Below, in pieces: positions 54,097 to 62,954 of a DNA stretch of 64,000 nucleotides. The stretch is from a virus. The DNA is taken from positions 46,690 to 110,689 of IMG/VR virus record IMGVR_UViG_3300025687_000024. One strand, given 5' to 3'. The notes below the pieces were generated by a model that made no database searches, was not told where the DNA came from, and saw only the letters and a list, made by a program, of their open reading frames with translations. Numbering within the stretch: the first letter of the stretch is position 1; each line of letters starts with the position of its first letter. Both the position numbers and the translations under genes were made by a program.

Positions 54097-54912
54097 CTAC
54101 ACCTCCCCGATCTCCACCATCAAGGGATCCACCTCGCGGAGCTTGGCGGTGATGATGGGGGCGATCTCGGCTTCGTCCCATGCGGGGAGCGCCTCGGGGT
54201 GGACCTCCTGCACCACGCGGGACATCACCATCGCCAGGTGATCGGGGGCGATGTTGTAGCCCCGCCGGAGGAACTTCACGACGCGGAGCAGGGAGCCGCC
54301 AGCTTCCTCCTCACGCATCGGCCGCATGTAGGCCAGGCGTTTGGCGGCCAGGTCGGCGTAGTACCGGGGGTGGCACATGGAGGTCCATCCCGGTTGGCGG
54401 CGCAGGGCAGCATGCGAGGCGCGCTCGCGCTTCTGGAAGTCGTCCGCGGGGCCGCCGAACAGGGCTGCCTGCTCGCCCTCGGTATGACGCATCCACAGCC
54501 CCGCGGAGGCGATGGTGAAGTCGAAGGACAGCAGCATCTTGGTGGGGTTGCTGTAGGTCCAGCGGTGGACCACCTGCACCGCCGTTCGCCAGCGGCGGAC
54601 GGTGTAGGCGTTGTCGGTGACCCAGATGTGGCCCTTGTCCACACCGGCCTCGAAGCTCTCTTCGAGCAGGAAGGCCGTCACGGTCTGCGCCAGTTCCTTG
54701 TCGTCGACGATGAGGTCGATGTCGTTGACCGGCGTGCCCGAGATGGTGGAGCGGATGAACCCGCCGGCGACGAACACGCGCCCGGGGTACTCACAGAGTA
54801 CCTCGAGGATGCGCTGGGGCAGGACGCGCAGGCAGAACTGGAGGTCTTCCCACAGCAGCTGGCCCATAGGCTGGGCAGCCGTGGTGCAGGGGTCGAGCGG
54901 CTCTTGGGTCAT
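54097..54912 (-). CDS. Nucleotidyltransferase of the CCA-adding/poly(A) polymerase head type
   Basis: VFVAGGFIRS...NDIDLIV and SFDFTIA. Confidence 0.8.
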   Translation of the reverse strand: MTQEPLDPCTTAAQPMGQLLWEDLQFCLRVLPQRILEVLCEYPGRVFVAGGFIRSTISGTPVNDIDLIVDDKELAQTVTAFLLEESFEAGVDKGHIWVTDNAYTVRRWRTAVQVVHRWTYSNPTKMLLSFDFTIASAGLWMRHTEGEQAALFGGPADDFQKRERASHAALRRQPGWTSMCHPRYYADLAAKRLAYMRPMREEEAGGSLLRVVKFLRRGYNIAPDHLAMVMSRVVQEVHPEALPAWDEAEIAPIITAKLREVDPLMVEIGEV

Positions 54913-55208
54913 CCGGCACTCCGCCCGGGGTAGCCGGGGATCGGCTCGCGCGGCTTGAGGCCCACGCAGACCCAGGCCTCGTTCTCGGGGACGTTGAGCT
55001 GCTTGGCGGTCTCGATGTTCATGGAGAGCACCTGGGGGCCCGTGGCGCCCTGGAGCTGCACGCAGAAGCGCTTGGGAGGCCTGCCAGAGCGGTGGGGGAT
55101 GACCTGGGCGGGCACTTCGTCGCCCGACTTGCCGCCAGGCGGCATCAGGAGGACCCGGTCACCGACCTTGAGCGGGCCGATGGGGGTGTTGATGTGTTCG
55201 GAAGGCAT
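54909..55208 (-). CDS. Small SH3/KOW-like hypothetical protein
   Basis: GAGG RBS with ATG 55208; LKVGDRVLL. Confidence 0.6.
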   Translation of the reverse strand: MPSEHINTPIGPLKVGDRVLLMPPGGKSGDEVPAQVIPHRSGRPPKRFCVQLQGATGPQVLSMNIETAKQLNVPENEAWVCVGLKPREPIPGYPGRSAG

Positions 55209-55210
55209 GA

Positions 55211-55846
55211 CTACCTCTCGTTGAGTGCCCGAAGTCGAGTTTTCTGCTCTTCGGACATGGGGGTGGACTTCACGTCGACGGGCTTGAAGGCGTAGGGCAG
55301 GGAGCGGAACACGTTCTCGCGGAACCACATGTGGATGCACATCCCACCGTCGACGTCGGTGTTGAGGTCGTAGCCGAGCAGGCCTGCGCCGGCGCGGCGA
55401 AGAAGTTCGGCTGCGTAGGCCCCGTGCGTGGCCCACACGGGGATCTGTCCGGTGGCCTCCACGAGCTCTGGGCAGACGGTGAGGTTGATCTCATCCCACT
55501 TGCCGCCGCGACCGGCGAGCTCATCGATGAGGGAGGCCACCTGGGGGTCGCTACCCTGCCCCACGGGCTTGAAGGCGTAGGCGAGCGAGCGGAAGGCTCG
55601 CGCATCCACGCGGATGCGCCCGCTGCGGGTGCGGGCATCGAGTTGGTGCGCCACGAGACGTGACCCGCAGCGACGGAGGACCTGCGCAAGCAGGTTCCCG
55701 TAGGTGGCGGCTACCTCCACGTAGCCTTTCTCGAGCTCTCCCCGGGACACGGTCATGCTGACCTCGTCGGAGGGCGAGCCGTACCTGTTGACGACAGCCA
55801 GGGCATCCCTGGCTTGCTGAGCTGTCTCTACGTTGTGCCAATTCAT
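55211..55846 (-). CDS. Hypothetical protein with an internal duplication
   Basis: AFRSLAYAFKPV and VFRSLPYAFKPV; ATYG/ATHG. Confidence 0.75.
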   Translation of the reverse strand: MNWHNVETAQQARDALAVVNRYGSPSDEVSMTVSRGELEKGYVEVAATYGNLLAQVLRRCGSRLVAHQLDARTRSGRIRVDARAFRSLAYAFKPVGQGSDPQVASLIDELAGRGGKWDEINLTVCPELVEATGQIPVWATHGAYAAELLRRAGAGLLGYDLNTDVDGGMCIHMWFRENVFRSLPYAFKPVDVKSTPMSEEQKTRLRALNER

Positions 55847-55992
55847 GTGTCACCTGTTTCGGCGGGTGGCTCCGCATTCCCGTGCTCCCCGGACGGCCCT
55901 GTCCCTCTCGGGCAGTCGACCTCCTCCCCCATTCGACGGTTCACCGCACGGGCACGCGCTTCCACTCCACACTGGCCGGTTGACCATGCTGC

Positions 55993-56217
55993 TTATGCCC
56001 GTTTCCGGCCGCGGTTCTCGGTCGTCAGGGCGCGGTCCATGGCCATCCAGAAGGCGAGGATGCCCTGGATGATCGTGGAGTTGGAGATGTGCTTGCGGAA
56101 GGGGCGGACGATGCTACTGCGCTGTAGCTCGCTCTTCTTGCGCTCGATGAACGCTGCCTGCTCGGGAGGGATGCGGATGGTCATCTGCACCATCCCCTTC
56201 GACTTCTTGCGGGTCAT
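55993..56217 (-). CDS. Small ribbon-helix-helix-like DNA-binding protein
   Basis: VQMTIRIPPEQAAFIE...SNSTIIQGIL; GGAGAGG RBS. Confidence 0.55.
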   Translation of the reverse strand: MTRKKSKGMVQMTIRIPPEQAAFIERKKSELQRSSIVRPFRKHISNSTIIQGILAFWMAMDRALTTENRGRKRA

Positions 56218-56767
56218 TCGCCTCTCCTTGCTGCAGCGTCGCGATGTACGCCTTCCAGGCTTCTACGTCTCTTCTTTGTACCCAGACTTGCCGCGGGTTG
56301 CCAGCGTTCCACCGGGCAGTGCCTCGACTTCCCGGGAACTTGAAGGTGACGTAGCCTCCGGTTTCCTCGACCCCGGGGGAGACGTCAGTGACGGTGGCCT
56401 GGGGCCAGCGACGGCGCACTTCGGCTTCGGCGTGCTCGGCTCGTTCGCGGGAGCGCTCCTTCAGCTCGAGGAACTCGCACGTGTGCGCATGCGTCACGGC
56501 GAAGCGCCCGTTGCCTGGCGAGCTGTAGACGCGCAGAGCGTGCGTGCAGCCCTCGGGGAGGTCCGAGGCGAAGACCCAGCGCGCGTAGTAATAGCGGAGG
56601 GGCCCCATGTACGGGACGGCCGCGTCTTCGTCGCACTCGAACTCTACGAGGTAGTCGGCGAGCGCCTCGAGGTAGGTCCCGCGGTCCACGTGCCCCCGCA
56701 CGTAGTACTCGACGGGATCCCCGTCCCACACCAGGGGGAGGACCTCTCCCACGGCAGCGGACGGCAT
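56114..56767 (-). CDS. Hypothetical protein
   Basis: ATG 56767 overlaps the upstream stop. Confidence 0.6.
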   Translation of the reverse strand: MPSAAVGEVLPLVWDGDPVEYYVRGHVDRGTYLEALADYLVEFECDEDAAVPYMGPLRYYYARWVFASDLPEGCTHALRVYSSPGNGRFAVTHAHTCEFLELKERSRERAEHAEAEVRRRWPQATVTDVSPGVEETGGYVTFKFPGSRGTARWNAGNPRQVWVQRRDVEAWKAYIATLQQGEANDPQEVEGDGADDHPHPSRAGSVHRAQEERATAQ

Positions 56768-57189
56768 CAGAACCTCGTGGACGGGCGCCTGGAGTCGGGC
56801 CACCCGTCGAACAGCTCGACGATGCGCATGCCAGCGGACTGAGGATACTCGCGAAACTCGGGGTCCTCGAGGGTGCCGTCCGCCTGGCGCGCGGCCCACT
56901 CTTGCTGCATCAGCTTGTCGTTCGCCCAGTTGGGGAAGCCCTGCGCGTAGTCGATGGCGAACCCGAGCATCGCGTCGGTGACGCGGCCGCGACGGAGTGC
57001 CAGGTCCGTGTGCCCCAGGGCATCCAGACGCTCCGAGAGGACGTACAGGTGGTCGCCGGCGTCCGTGGAGTCCTTCGTCTGCACGAGCATCGAAGCCACG
57101 CGGCGTACCTCCTCGGCTGTCGGGGAGGTCTCGAAGTCGTCATGGGCGATGGCGAACGCCTTGAGCGACGTATGCTGGGTCAGTTCCAT
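56767..57189 (-). CDS. Hypothetical protein
   Basis: Packed ORF. Confidence 0.65.
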   Translation of the reverse strand: MELTQHTSLKAFAIAHDDFETSPTAEEVRRVASMLVQTKDSTDAGDHLYVLSERLDALGHTDLALRRGRVTDAMLGFAIDYAQGFPNWANDKLMQQEWAARQADGTLEDPEFREYPQSAGMRIVELFDGWPDSRRPSTRF

Positions 57190-57380
57190 CGTTCAACGCT
57201 CTCCCGGATGCTCTCCAGCGTCTCCCACATCTTGTCGGTAACGCGGTTCGTGGCGCGGGCGGTCTCGCTCATCCCCTCCACGAGCTGCGCCCAGCGTCCG
57301 GACGCGCGGCAGGATGAGGGGAGGTCGGCAATGTCTTGGAGCAGGTCGTCGGCCTGCTCGAGGAAGGAGTCGGAGTCCAT
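57180..57380 (-). CDS. Small hypothetical protein (MDSDSFLEQ...)
   Basis: GAGG RBS; ATAAG motif 39 nt upstream. Confidence 0.65.
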   Translation of the reverse strand: MDSDSFLEQADDLLQDIADLPSSCRASGRWAQLVEGMSETARATNRVTDKMWETLESIRESVERWN

Positions 57381-57418
57381 GGGTACCTCACGTAGGGAGT
57401 CACGAGGGGGAGTACTAC

Positions 57419-57432
57419 CCTTATGCGCGAAA
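57419..57432 (-). promoter_or_regulatory. TTC-N4-ATAAG motif
   Basis: Minus strand TTTCGCGCATAAGG; GC hairpin 57449-57474 just upstream. Confidence 0.7.
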
Positions 57433-57486
57433 GAGAGCGCGAACGCCAGCCCCCTCTGGCAGGCCAGAGGGGGCCGGGGGAGAGTC

Positions 57487-58446
57487 CTACTCGATGGGCA
57501 GCGACTCACGGGCGGGTTCGGGCTTCTCGATGTCGTCCGGCGTGTCCGTGCCCTTCACGGGCTCCGGGGGCGGATACCCCGCGGCGACGAAGAGCTGGGT
57601 CACCAGGTCGGTGTCGCGGCCGGCTTCCCACTCACGCTGCAGGATGGTGATGATGTCCTCGAGCTTGGTCTCGGCGAGGTCCGCGCGCTTGGTGAGCGCG
57701 ACGTACTGCGCCGCGAGCCACTCCAGCCCGTCGAAGACCGGCTCGAAGACGGAGAAGTCCTCGGGCGAGGCCAGGTGGTTGGTCAGCCCGATCACGACGG
57801 CCTTGGCCTTGTCGGTGAACTCCAGGTGGTTGTAGTCCAGGAAGAAGGGGTGGGTGTGCAGACCTTCCACGACGCGGATGATCGTGGTGGCGAGGATGTG
57901 CTTGGGGCGCATGGAGACCTCTCGGGCGGGAGTGCGTTCACGGGCAGAAGCCCCGTGGGCGGTGGGTGTGGGGTTCAGGCGAAGTGCGCAGTCCAGCGCG
58001 TGGTAGGTGGAGTGCGGGCAGTACTTGGCGATGGTGCGCTCGAGGGACATGCGAAGCTGGTCGCTGTTGAGCAGCACGGGCGAATCTTCGACGTAGGGGA
58101 CGGTCACCTGCAGGATGGCGTTCTGGAACGCCTCGTGGAAGTGGCTGCGCGGGCTGTTGGCGAAGTAGGGCCAGAGCCCGGCGAGGGTCACAGCGGCAGC
58201 GCGTGGATCCTGCAGCTTGCGGCGGGTAGCGAGCACGGTGGATGCCCGCGCAGTGCGCATCCAGCGCCAGAACTCCCGAACAGCAGGAGGGGAGTGCATC
58301 TCGCCCAGGGCATACTCGACGCGCGCGTCGTAGAGGGACTTGTGCATGGACTCTCCAGGGCCGAGCGACGGGTGCACGTTCGACGGTGGGGGCACGGGCA
58401 GACGGAAGGCCTGCCCCGTAGCCTCGAGGGAAGGAATGGTGGACAT
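57487..58446 (-). CDS. Hypothetical protein (possible internal start at 57912)
   Basis: GAGG RBS at both starts. Confidence 0.65.
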   Translation of the reverse strand: MSTIPSLEATGQAFRLPVPPPSNVHPSLGPGESMHKSLYDARVEYALGEMHSPPAVREFWRWMRTARASTVLATRRKLQDPRAAAVTLAGLWPYFANSPRSHFHEAFQNAILQVTVPYVEDSPVLLNSDQLRMSLERTIAKYCPHSTYHALDCALRLNPTPTAHGASARERTPAREVSMRPKHILATTIIRVVEGLHTHPFFLDYNHLEFTDKAKAVVIGLTNHLASPEDFSVFEPVFDGLEWLAAQYVALTKRADLAETKLEDIITILQREWEAGRDTDLVTQLFVAAGYPPPEPVKGTDTPDDIEKPEPARESLPIE

Positions 58447-58462
58447 GTGTACCTCTCACCTA

Positions 58463-58476
58463 CCTTATGCGTGAAA
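58463..58476 (-). promoter_or_regulatory. TTC-N4-ATAAG motif
   Basis: Minus strand TTTCACGCATAAGG; GC hairpin 58489-58518 just upstream. Confidence 0.7.
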
Positions 58477-58500
58477 GTGTGGGGCGGTGCCCCCGCCCGC

Positions 58501-58719
58501 CTACTGGCGGGCGGGGGCTTCGAAGACGCCGGGGGCGCTCTCGACCATCGGGATCACCACGGTACCCTCGGGGGGTTGGTAGCGCGGCTGCGCCTTGCGG
58601 GCGTCGGGGGGCACCTCGTAGGTGAACTCGATGTCAGCGGTGTCTCGTCGAGCCTTGGCCTGCCCGCGTGCGATTCCGACGCGGATGTTGCGGGTCAGGA
58701 CTTCCAGCAGGACGCTCAC
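58501..58719 (-). CDS. Small hypothetical protein
   Basis: GTG 58719 overlaps the upstream stop. Confidence 0.55.
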   Translation of the reverse strand: MSVLLEVLTRNIRVGIARGQAKARRDTADIEFTYEVPPDARKAQPRYQPPEGTVVIPMVESAPGVFEAPARQ

Positions 58720-58973
58720 TGCGCGAGCTCGCGCTTGTGCTCCGGGTGGACGATGGCGACGGCGCCGGCGGCGCGCAGGAGCTCCTGCGGGTCCACCGAG
58801 ACGGTCACCGTCAGGGGCTGCCCCGGCTGCCACTTGAGGAGCTGCCCATCGAAGCGGGCGTTGAGCTGCAGCGTGACCAGGGGGTTCCCGGACTCACAGC
58901 GGACGCGCATCTCCCCATCGGGGAGGCGCTTGCCCTCTTTGTTCCGGAGCTTGACGGCGGTAGAGATCTGCAT
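58716..58973 (-). CDS. Small hypothetical protein (MQISTAVK...)
   Basis: AGGAGG RBS with ATG 58973. Confidence 0.65.
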   Translation of the reverse strand: MQISTAVKLRNKEGKRLPDGEMRVRCESGNPLVTLQLNARFDGQLLKWQPGQPLTVTVSVDPQELLRAAGAVAIVHPEHKRELAQ

Positions 58974-59024
58974 GGCTGCCTCCTGAGTGTGACTGGAGAG
59001 GCGTCTCTCTGTCCTCTCCAAGCC

Positions 59025-59038
59025 CCTTATGAGCGAAA
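59025..59038 (-). promoter_or_regulatory. TTC-N4-ATAAG motif
   Basis: Minus strand TTTCGCTCATAAGG; hairpin 59054-59084 just upstream. Confidence 0.7.
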
Positions 59039-59098
59039 GCAGCGTGGGATTGCTCCCTCCTCCCGCCGAAGCAGGAGGAGGGAGACTTCCGTGACGGG

Positions 59099-60154
59099 TC
59101 AGTCGGTCAAGCTGGAGCTGAAGTCGTACTCGGCGTGGGTCCGGAGGAACAGCAGCACCTGGTCGAGGGCGGCTTCGCTGAGCACGAGGGGGCCGAACTT
59201 CTCTCCGGTGAGCGTGTCCATCAGCCAGAACAGGAGGTCGATGTGCCCATCGTCAGCACTCGGCCGGAAGGACACCCCGAGCCGCTGGTGGTTGTCGTGC
59301 TTCTCGCTGCCCAGTTGGACGACGGTCACCGTGATGAGGGCCTGCTCGCCGAAGACGTCGCCCTCGGTGGCCCGCACCAGCCTCTCGGCCAGCTGCTCGT
59401 TGATGTGCTTGGCCTGCTGCAGCGGGGCGCACGCCTGCATGCGCGCATAGAGCCTGGACTGCTCGACGTGGAGAGGCCGGGGGCGCTGCTTCTTGCCGAA
59501 GATGCGACGGACCTCCTCGGGGTCCACGCCGTTGGGGTCCGCCGAGATGTCAGCGACGGAGATGCCTCCGTCCAGCAGCTGCTCGAGCCTCTCCATCTTC
59601 TCGAGGACCAGCTGCATCTGCGCCGGCTCGATGCCGTGGTTCCTGCGCAGGGCCGCCTCGATGCTGCTCAGCTTGGCCGCGAGGTCCCGGTGGTGGGGGC
59701 CCGCTCCCTTGTTGATGGCGTCCAGCAGGTTGTGCAGCGCGGCCCGCGCCTGGTTGGCCGAGGACAGCCGGCGCGTCAGCGTGGTCATCTGCGTCTCGAG
59801 CGCCTTGTCGATGTGGGCCTCGAGGCGCGTGACCGCGTCGAAGATGCTGGGGTGCGTCTGGTCCTCGCCCTCCTCGATGCCGATGTCGACGGCGAGGAAG
59901 GTACGGATGAGGGTGTCAGCGTCGGGCGCCGTGTCGCTCATCTTCTCGAGGCGGATGGCTCGCATCATGCCGGCGAGGGCCGCGGTCTGCCAGGTCGCGA
60001 AGCCGCGGCCGGTCTCCTGCTCGAGGAGCTGCAGGGCCCTGGCCATTCGGCTCCGCACGTGGTTGTGGTGGGCCTGCTCGTTGTCGAGATCGGGGTCGAT
60101 CTCGCCGGCGAGGTACCTGTCGATGTAGTCCATGAGATCGTGCCAGTTGATCAT
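59099..60154 (-). CDS. Hypothetical helical protein
   Basis: 351-aa ORF with RBS. Confidence 0.75.
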   Translation of the reverse strand: MINWHDLMDYIDRYLAGEIDPDLDNEQAHHNHVRSRMARALQLLEQETGRGFATWQTAALAGMMRAIRLEKMSDTAPDADTLIRTFLAVDIGIEEGEDQTHPSIFDAVTRLEAHIDKALETQMTTLTRRLSSANQARAALHNLLDAINKGAGPHHRDLAAKLSSIEAALRRNHGIEPAQMQLVLEKMERLEQLLDGGISVADISADPNGVDPEEVRRIFGKKQRPRPLHVEQSRLYARMQACAPLQQAKHINEQLAERLVRATEGDVFGEQALITVTVVQLGSEKHDNHQRLGVSFRPSADDGHIDLLFWLMDTLTGEKFGPLVLSEAALDQVLLFLRTHAEYDFSSSLTD

Positions 60155-60169
60155 GGTGGTCTGCTTCCT

Positions 60170-60478
60170 CTACTGCTTGGGAGGCGCGGGACGCTGCCCT
60201 GCCTCGTTAGGGTTGTGCTGGAGGACGGACTCCTCCAGGTCAGTCACGAGCGCCTGAAGGTGGTGCTCGAAGTCTTGCCAGGTGTCCAGGGGGACGTAGC
60301 CGAGCACCTCGACATCGGCATGGACGGAGCCGATGCCGAAGCGCGTGTGTGGCGAGGTGAGGTGCACACCTACGCCGGCGTTGGCGTAGGCATCCTCGGG
60401 AGGTCCCTCGGCGGGCTTGGTGGCGTCATCCAGCTCCCAGGGGGCGGGAGGGCTCGTGACGCCGCGGTCTTTGCTCAT
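60170..60478 (-). CDS. Hypothetical protein
   Basis: Packed ORF. Confidence 0.65.
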   Translation of the reverse strand: MSKDRGVTSPPAPWELDDATKPAEGPPEDAYANAGVGVHLTSPHTRFGIGSVHADVEVLGYVPLDTWQDFEHHLQALVTDLEESVLQHNPNEAGQRPAPPKQ

Positions 60479-60906
60479 GGATTTCCTCGCACGACCCAGA
60501 TGAGCGGGTAGGGCGCTGCTGGGTCCATCTGCCTGGCCGTCGGGTCGACGTACCAGTGGTCATCTCCGTGGTCGATGCGGACGATGGTGTGGCCTTCGAA
60601 GGCACGTGCGCAGTCGCGGGCGTTCCGGTAGTAGCGCATGGCCTCGGCCGGCGGGAGATCCATCTCCTCGCAGTCGTTCGCGTAGAACGAGACGGGACTC
60701 TCATCGTCGTCATCGTCGTCCAGGTAGACCCCGTAGTGGATGGTGTCCACCTCGTGGCCGCAGTCGGCCAGCTCGAGGGTCAAGTCGTCGGAAGCGAAGG
60801 CGCAGTTCCCGCGGGCCTTCGCAGGCACTACGTACTCCGGGTGGCAGCCCACCCAGTTCTCGATGATGCACGCCAGCATGGCTGGCATGTCCGAGATGCT
60901 CAGCAT
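60475..60906 (-). CDS. Acidic hypothetical protein
   Basis: TAGATG junction with the upstream gene. Confidence 0.65.
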   Translation of the reverse strand: MLSISDMPAMLACIIENWVGCHPEYVVPAKARGNCAFASDDLTLELADCGHEVDTIHYGVYLDDDDDDESPVSFYANDCEEMDLPPAEAMRYYRNARDCARAFEGHTIVRIDHGDDHWYVDPTARQMDPAAPYPLIWVVRGNP

Positions 60907-61179
60907 CTACGCTGCTCCTCGCTGCTGCTTGTTGTAGGCGTCCGCCTCGAGGACATCGACAGCGGTGCCGTAGTCCCCTGCGGGGAAGATGGTGGTGGGA
61001 GCGCGGCCGCGGCAGCGGCACACCTTGGCCACCGCATCCTTGACGGACACCTCCCAGAGCTGCCCGTCCGGGTCGCCGACGCGGCCGTCGAACCAGTAGT
61101 TCCACAGCACGTCGTTCTTCGTCTTGCTCCCGGAGGTCTTCATGCTCTGCCCGACGCGGGGCTCGGAAGCCGAGGTCAT
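60907..61179 (-). CDS. Hypothetical protein
   Basis: TAGATG junction, GGAGG RBS. Confidence 0.65.
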   Translation of the reverse strand: MTSASEPRVGQSMKTSGSKTKNDVLWNYWFDGRVGDPDGQLWEVSVKDAVAKVCRCRGRAPTTIFPAGDYGTAVDVLEADAYNKQQRGAA

Positions 61180-61731
61180 CTACTCCTCCAGTGGGGAGCA
61201 CCGCCCGAAGGGGACGGTGTCCTCCTTCACGATGACCGAGCCATCGTCGAAGTGGACTTCGTGGTGCATGACGACCAGGTCGTTGTCCTCGAACTGATCG
61301 GCCATCAGCTCGGCGAAGACGTTCCCCTGCTCGCGAGGCGTGCTGTCCATCGTGAAGATGGCGCCCGAGGGCATGGGGTAGGGTTCGATGGTGGCCTGCT
61401 CGAAGAAGAGGGGCGGCTCGGCCGTGAGCCTGTCGGCGTCGGACTTGATGCCTCGAGGGCCTTCAGCGTGCACAGTCCTTGCGGGCCCCGGGCGGAACAG
61501 GCCAGTGATGGCCTCCCTCAGCGGCAGCATCGCCTTGTTCATCTTCCGTAGGCGAGCTGCTGTTTCCTTGGACACGAGCTGGGTGCTTGGGTCCACCGGC
61601 TTCCCGCATGCGGGGCAGTGGAACTCCGGGCTCTTCACACCCCGCATGCGCATGCGAGAGCAAGGGTGATGGTGGTGCGGGATGAGGAACTCGTGCCCAC
61701 AGCTGCAGGTGTAGGGTCCGGGCCTCGGCAT
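61180..61731 (-). CDS. Zinc-ribbon hypothetical protein
   Basis: TCSCGHEF...CPACG. Confidence 0.65.
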   Translation of the reverse strand: MPRPGPYTCSCGHEFLIPHHHHPCSRMRMRGVKSPEFHCPACGKPVDPSTQLVSKETAARLRKMNKAMLPLREAITGLFRPGPARTVHAEGPRGIKSDADRLTAEPPLFFEQATIEPYPMPSGAIFTMDSTPREQGNVFAELMADQFEDNDLVVMHHEVHFDDGSVIVKEDTVPFGRCSPLEE

Positions 61732-61929
61732 CTACTCCCAGCCTCCATCGGCGCAGATGCACTGAGCACGGCCGACGACCGTGTGGCCTTCGGCGTCCTT
61801 CTTCTTGATGCCTCCGCACTCGGCGCACTTCGGGGGAGGCTCCTTGCCGAGCATCATCGCGAAGAGGTCGGCGACTCCTGCCTGGCTCTTCCGCGTCTTG
61901 TCGAAGCGGAGCTCGATCTCCTTGCTCAT
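61732..61929 (-). CDS. Small Cys-containing protein
   Basis: CAECG...CIC. Confidence 0.55.
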   Translation of the reverse strand: MSKEIELRFDKTRKSQAGVADLFAMMLGKEPPPKCAECGGIKKKDAEGHTVVGRAQCICADGGWE

Positions 61930-62138
61930 CGAGGTACTCTCATACACACAGCGGCGCCGGGCTCGACGACGACTGTGGCGGTGACGCTCACCTCGCCTTC
62001 GATGGCGGCGTTGTCCTGCGCGCGGCGCGCCTGCAGCTTCACGTCGGCTGCGGAGGTCTCGTGGCCTGCGACGCTCTCGAGGTAGCGGGAGATGGCGAGA
62101 CGGATCTCGCAGTCGGTCAGGGCGTAGGTGATCTTCAT
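61926..62138 (-). CDS. Small hypothetical protein (MKITYALTD...)
   Basis: ATG overlaps the upstream stop. Confidence 0.55.
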   Translation of the reverse strand: MKITYALTDCEIRLAISRYLESVAGHETSAADVKLQARRAQDNAAIEGEVSVTATVVVEPGAAVCMRVPR

Positions 62139-62344
62139 GGCGTTCTCGTCTCGATGAAGTAGCGACCCTCGTCGTGCTGCAGGCCGACCGTGTCGCCTGG
62201 CTTCGCCGGAGGGGGGCCGATGTGGATCTCGCCGGCGCGCAGCTTCGCGACCACGTCGTCGTAGCTGAAGCCGTAGGCTCGGTAGTAGGCGGCCGCGGCG
62301 TCGAGGCTGCGGAAGTGGCTGGTGCCTGTGCGGACGCGGCTCAT
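62135..62344 (-). CDS. Small hypothetical protein (MSRVRTGTSHF...)
   Basis: GGAGG RBS with ATG 62344. Confidence 0.6.
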   Translation of the reverse strand: MSRVRTGTSHFRSLDAAAAYYRAYGFSYDDVVAKLRAGEIHIGPPPAKPGDTVGLQHDEGRYFIETRTP

Positions 62345-62553
62345 GGGCGCCTCCGGGGGATGCCCAGCTGGCATGCGAGGCACTCGATCGGTTCCTCGAT
62401 ACGATGGGGGCGATCCTTCTCGATGCGGTAGTAGGTGACGGGGTAGGAGCGCGCTTCGACAACGACTGCGACGTTGCTCACCCTGGGCAGCTCGTCGCTG
62501 AAGCGGCGGCGGATGCGCTGCACGTTCGGCTCGCTGCACTTCAGCTTCGCCAC
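62341..62553 (-). CDS. Small hypothetical protein
   Basis: Packed ORF. Confidence 0.5.
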   Translation of the reverse strand: MAKLKCSEPNVQRIRRRFSDELPRVSNVAVVVEARSYPVTYYRIEKDRPHRIEEPIECLACQLGIPRRRP

Positions 62554-62954
62554 GGGAACATCCCCTTCAGGCGCGCGGCGAGCTTGGAGAAGAAGAGCTC
62601 GATGCGCCCTTCGACGAGCACGGGCTCCCGACGTGGAGGTTGCACCTCGTGGAAGGCTGGCTCGCCGTAGGTGTGGAAGACGACGTTCTCGTACATGTAG
62701 GTGCGCGTGAGCCTCGAGTCGTCGGACGCATGGGTCTCGGTGGCGAAGGCCACGAGGTAGCAGTCGTGCCAGCGACGCTCGTTGGGCGCGTCGATGATGC
62801 GCAGGTTCTCGCTGAAGTACAGCTTCCCGTCAGCTATGATGCGGGAGCAGTGGAACTCCCAGTGACCGTCGGGATGGCGCTGCGGTACCTGGGACAGCGA
62901 CCCGACGGCGAAGGCGATGCTGTTCGGTCCGCGTGCGATGGTGATGGGGTGCAT
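62541..62954 (-). CDS. Hypothetical protein (MHPITIARGP...)
   Basis: TAGATG junction. Confidence 0.65.
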   Translation of the reverse strand: MHPITIARGPNSIAFAVGSLSQVPQRHPDGHWEFHCSRIIADGKLYFSENLRIIDAPNERRWHDCYLVAFATETHASDDSRLTRTYMYENVVFHTYGEPAFHEVQPPRREPVLVEGRIELFFSKLAARLKGMFPWRS

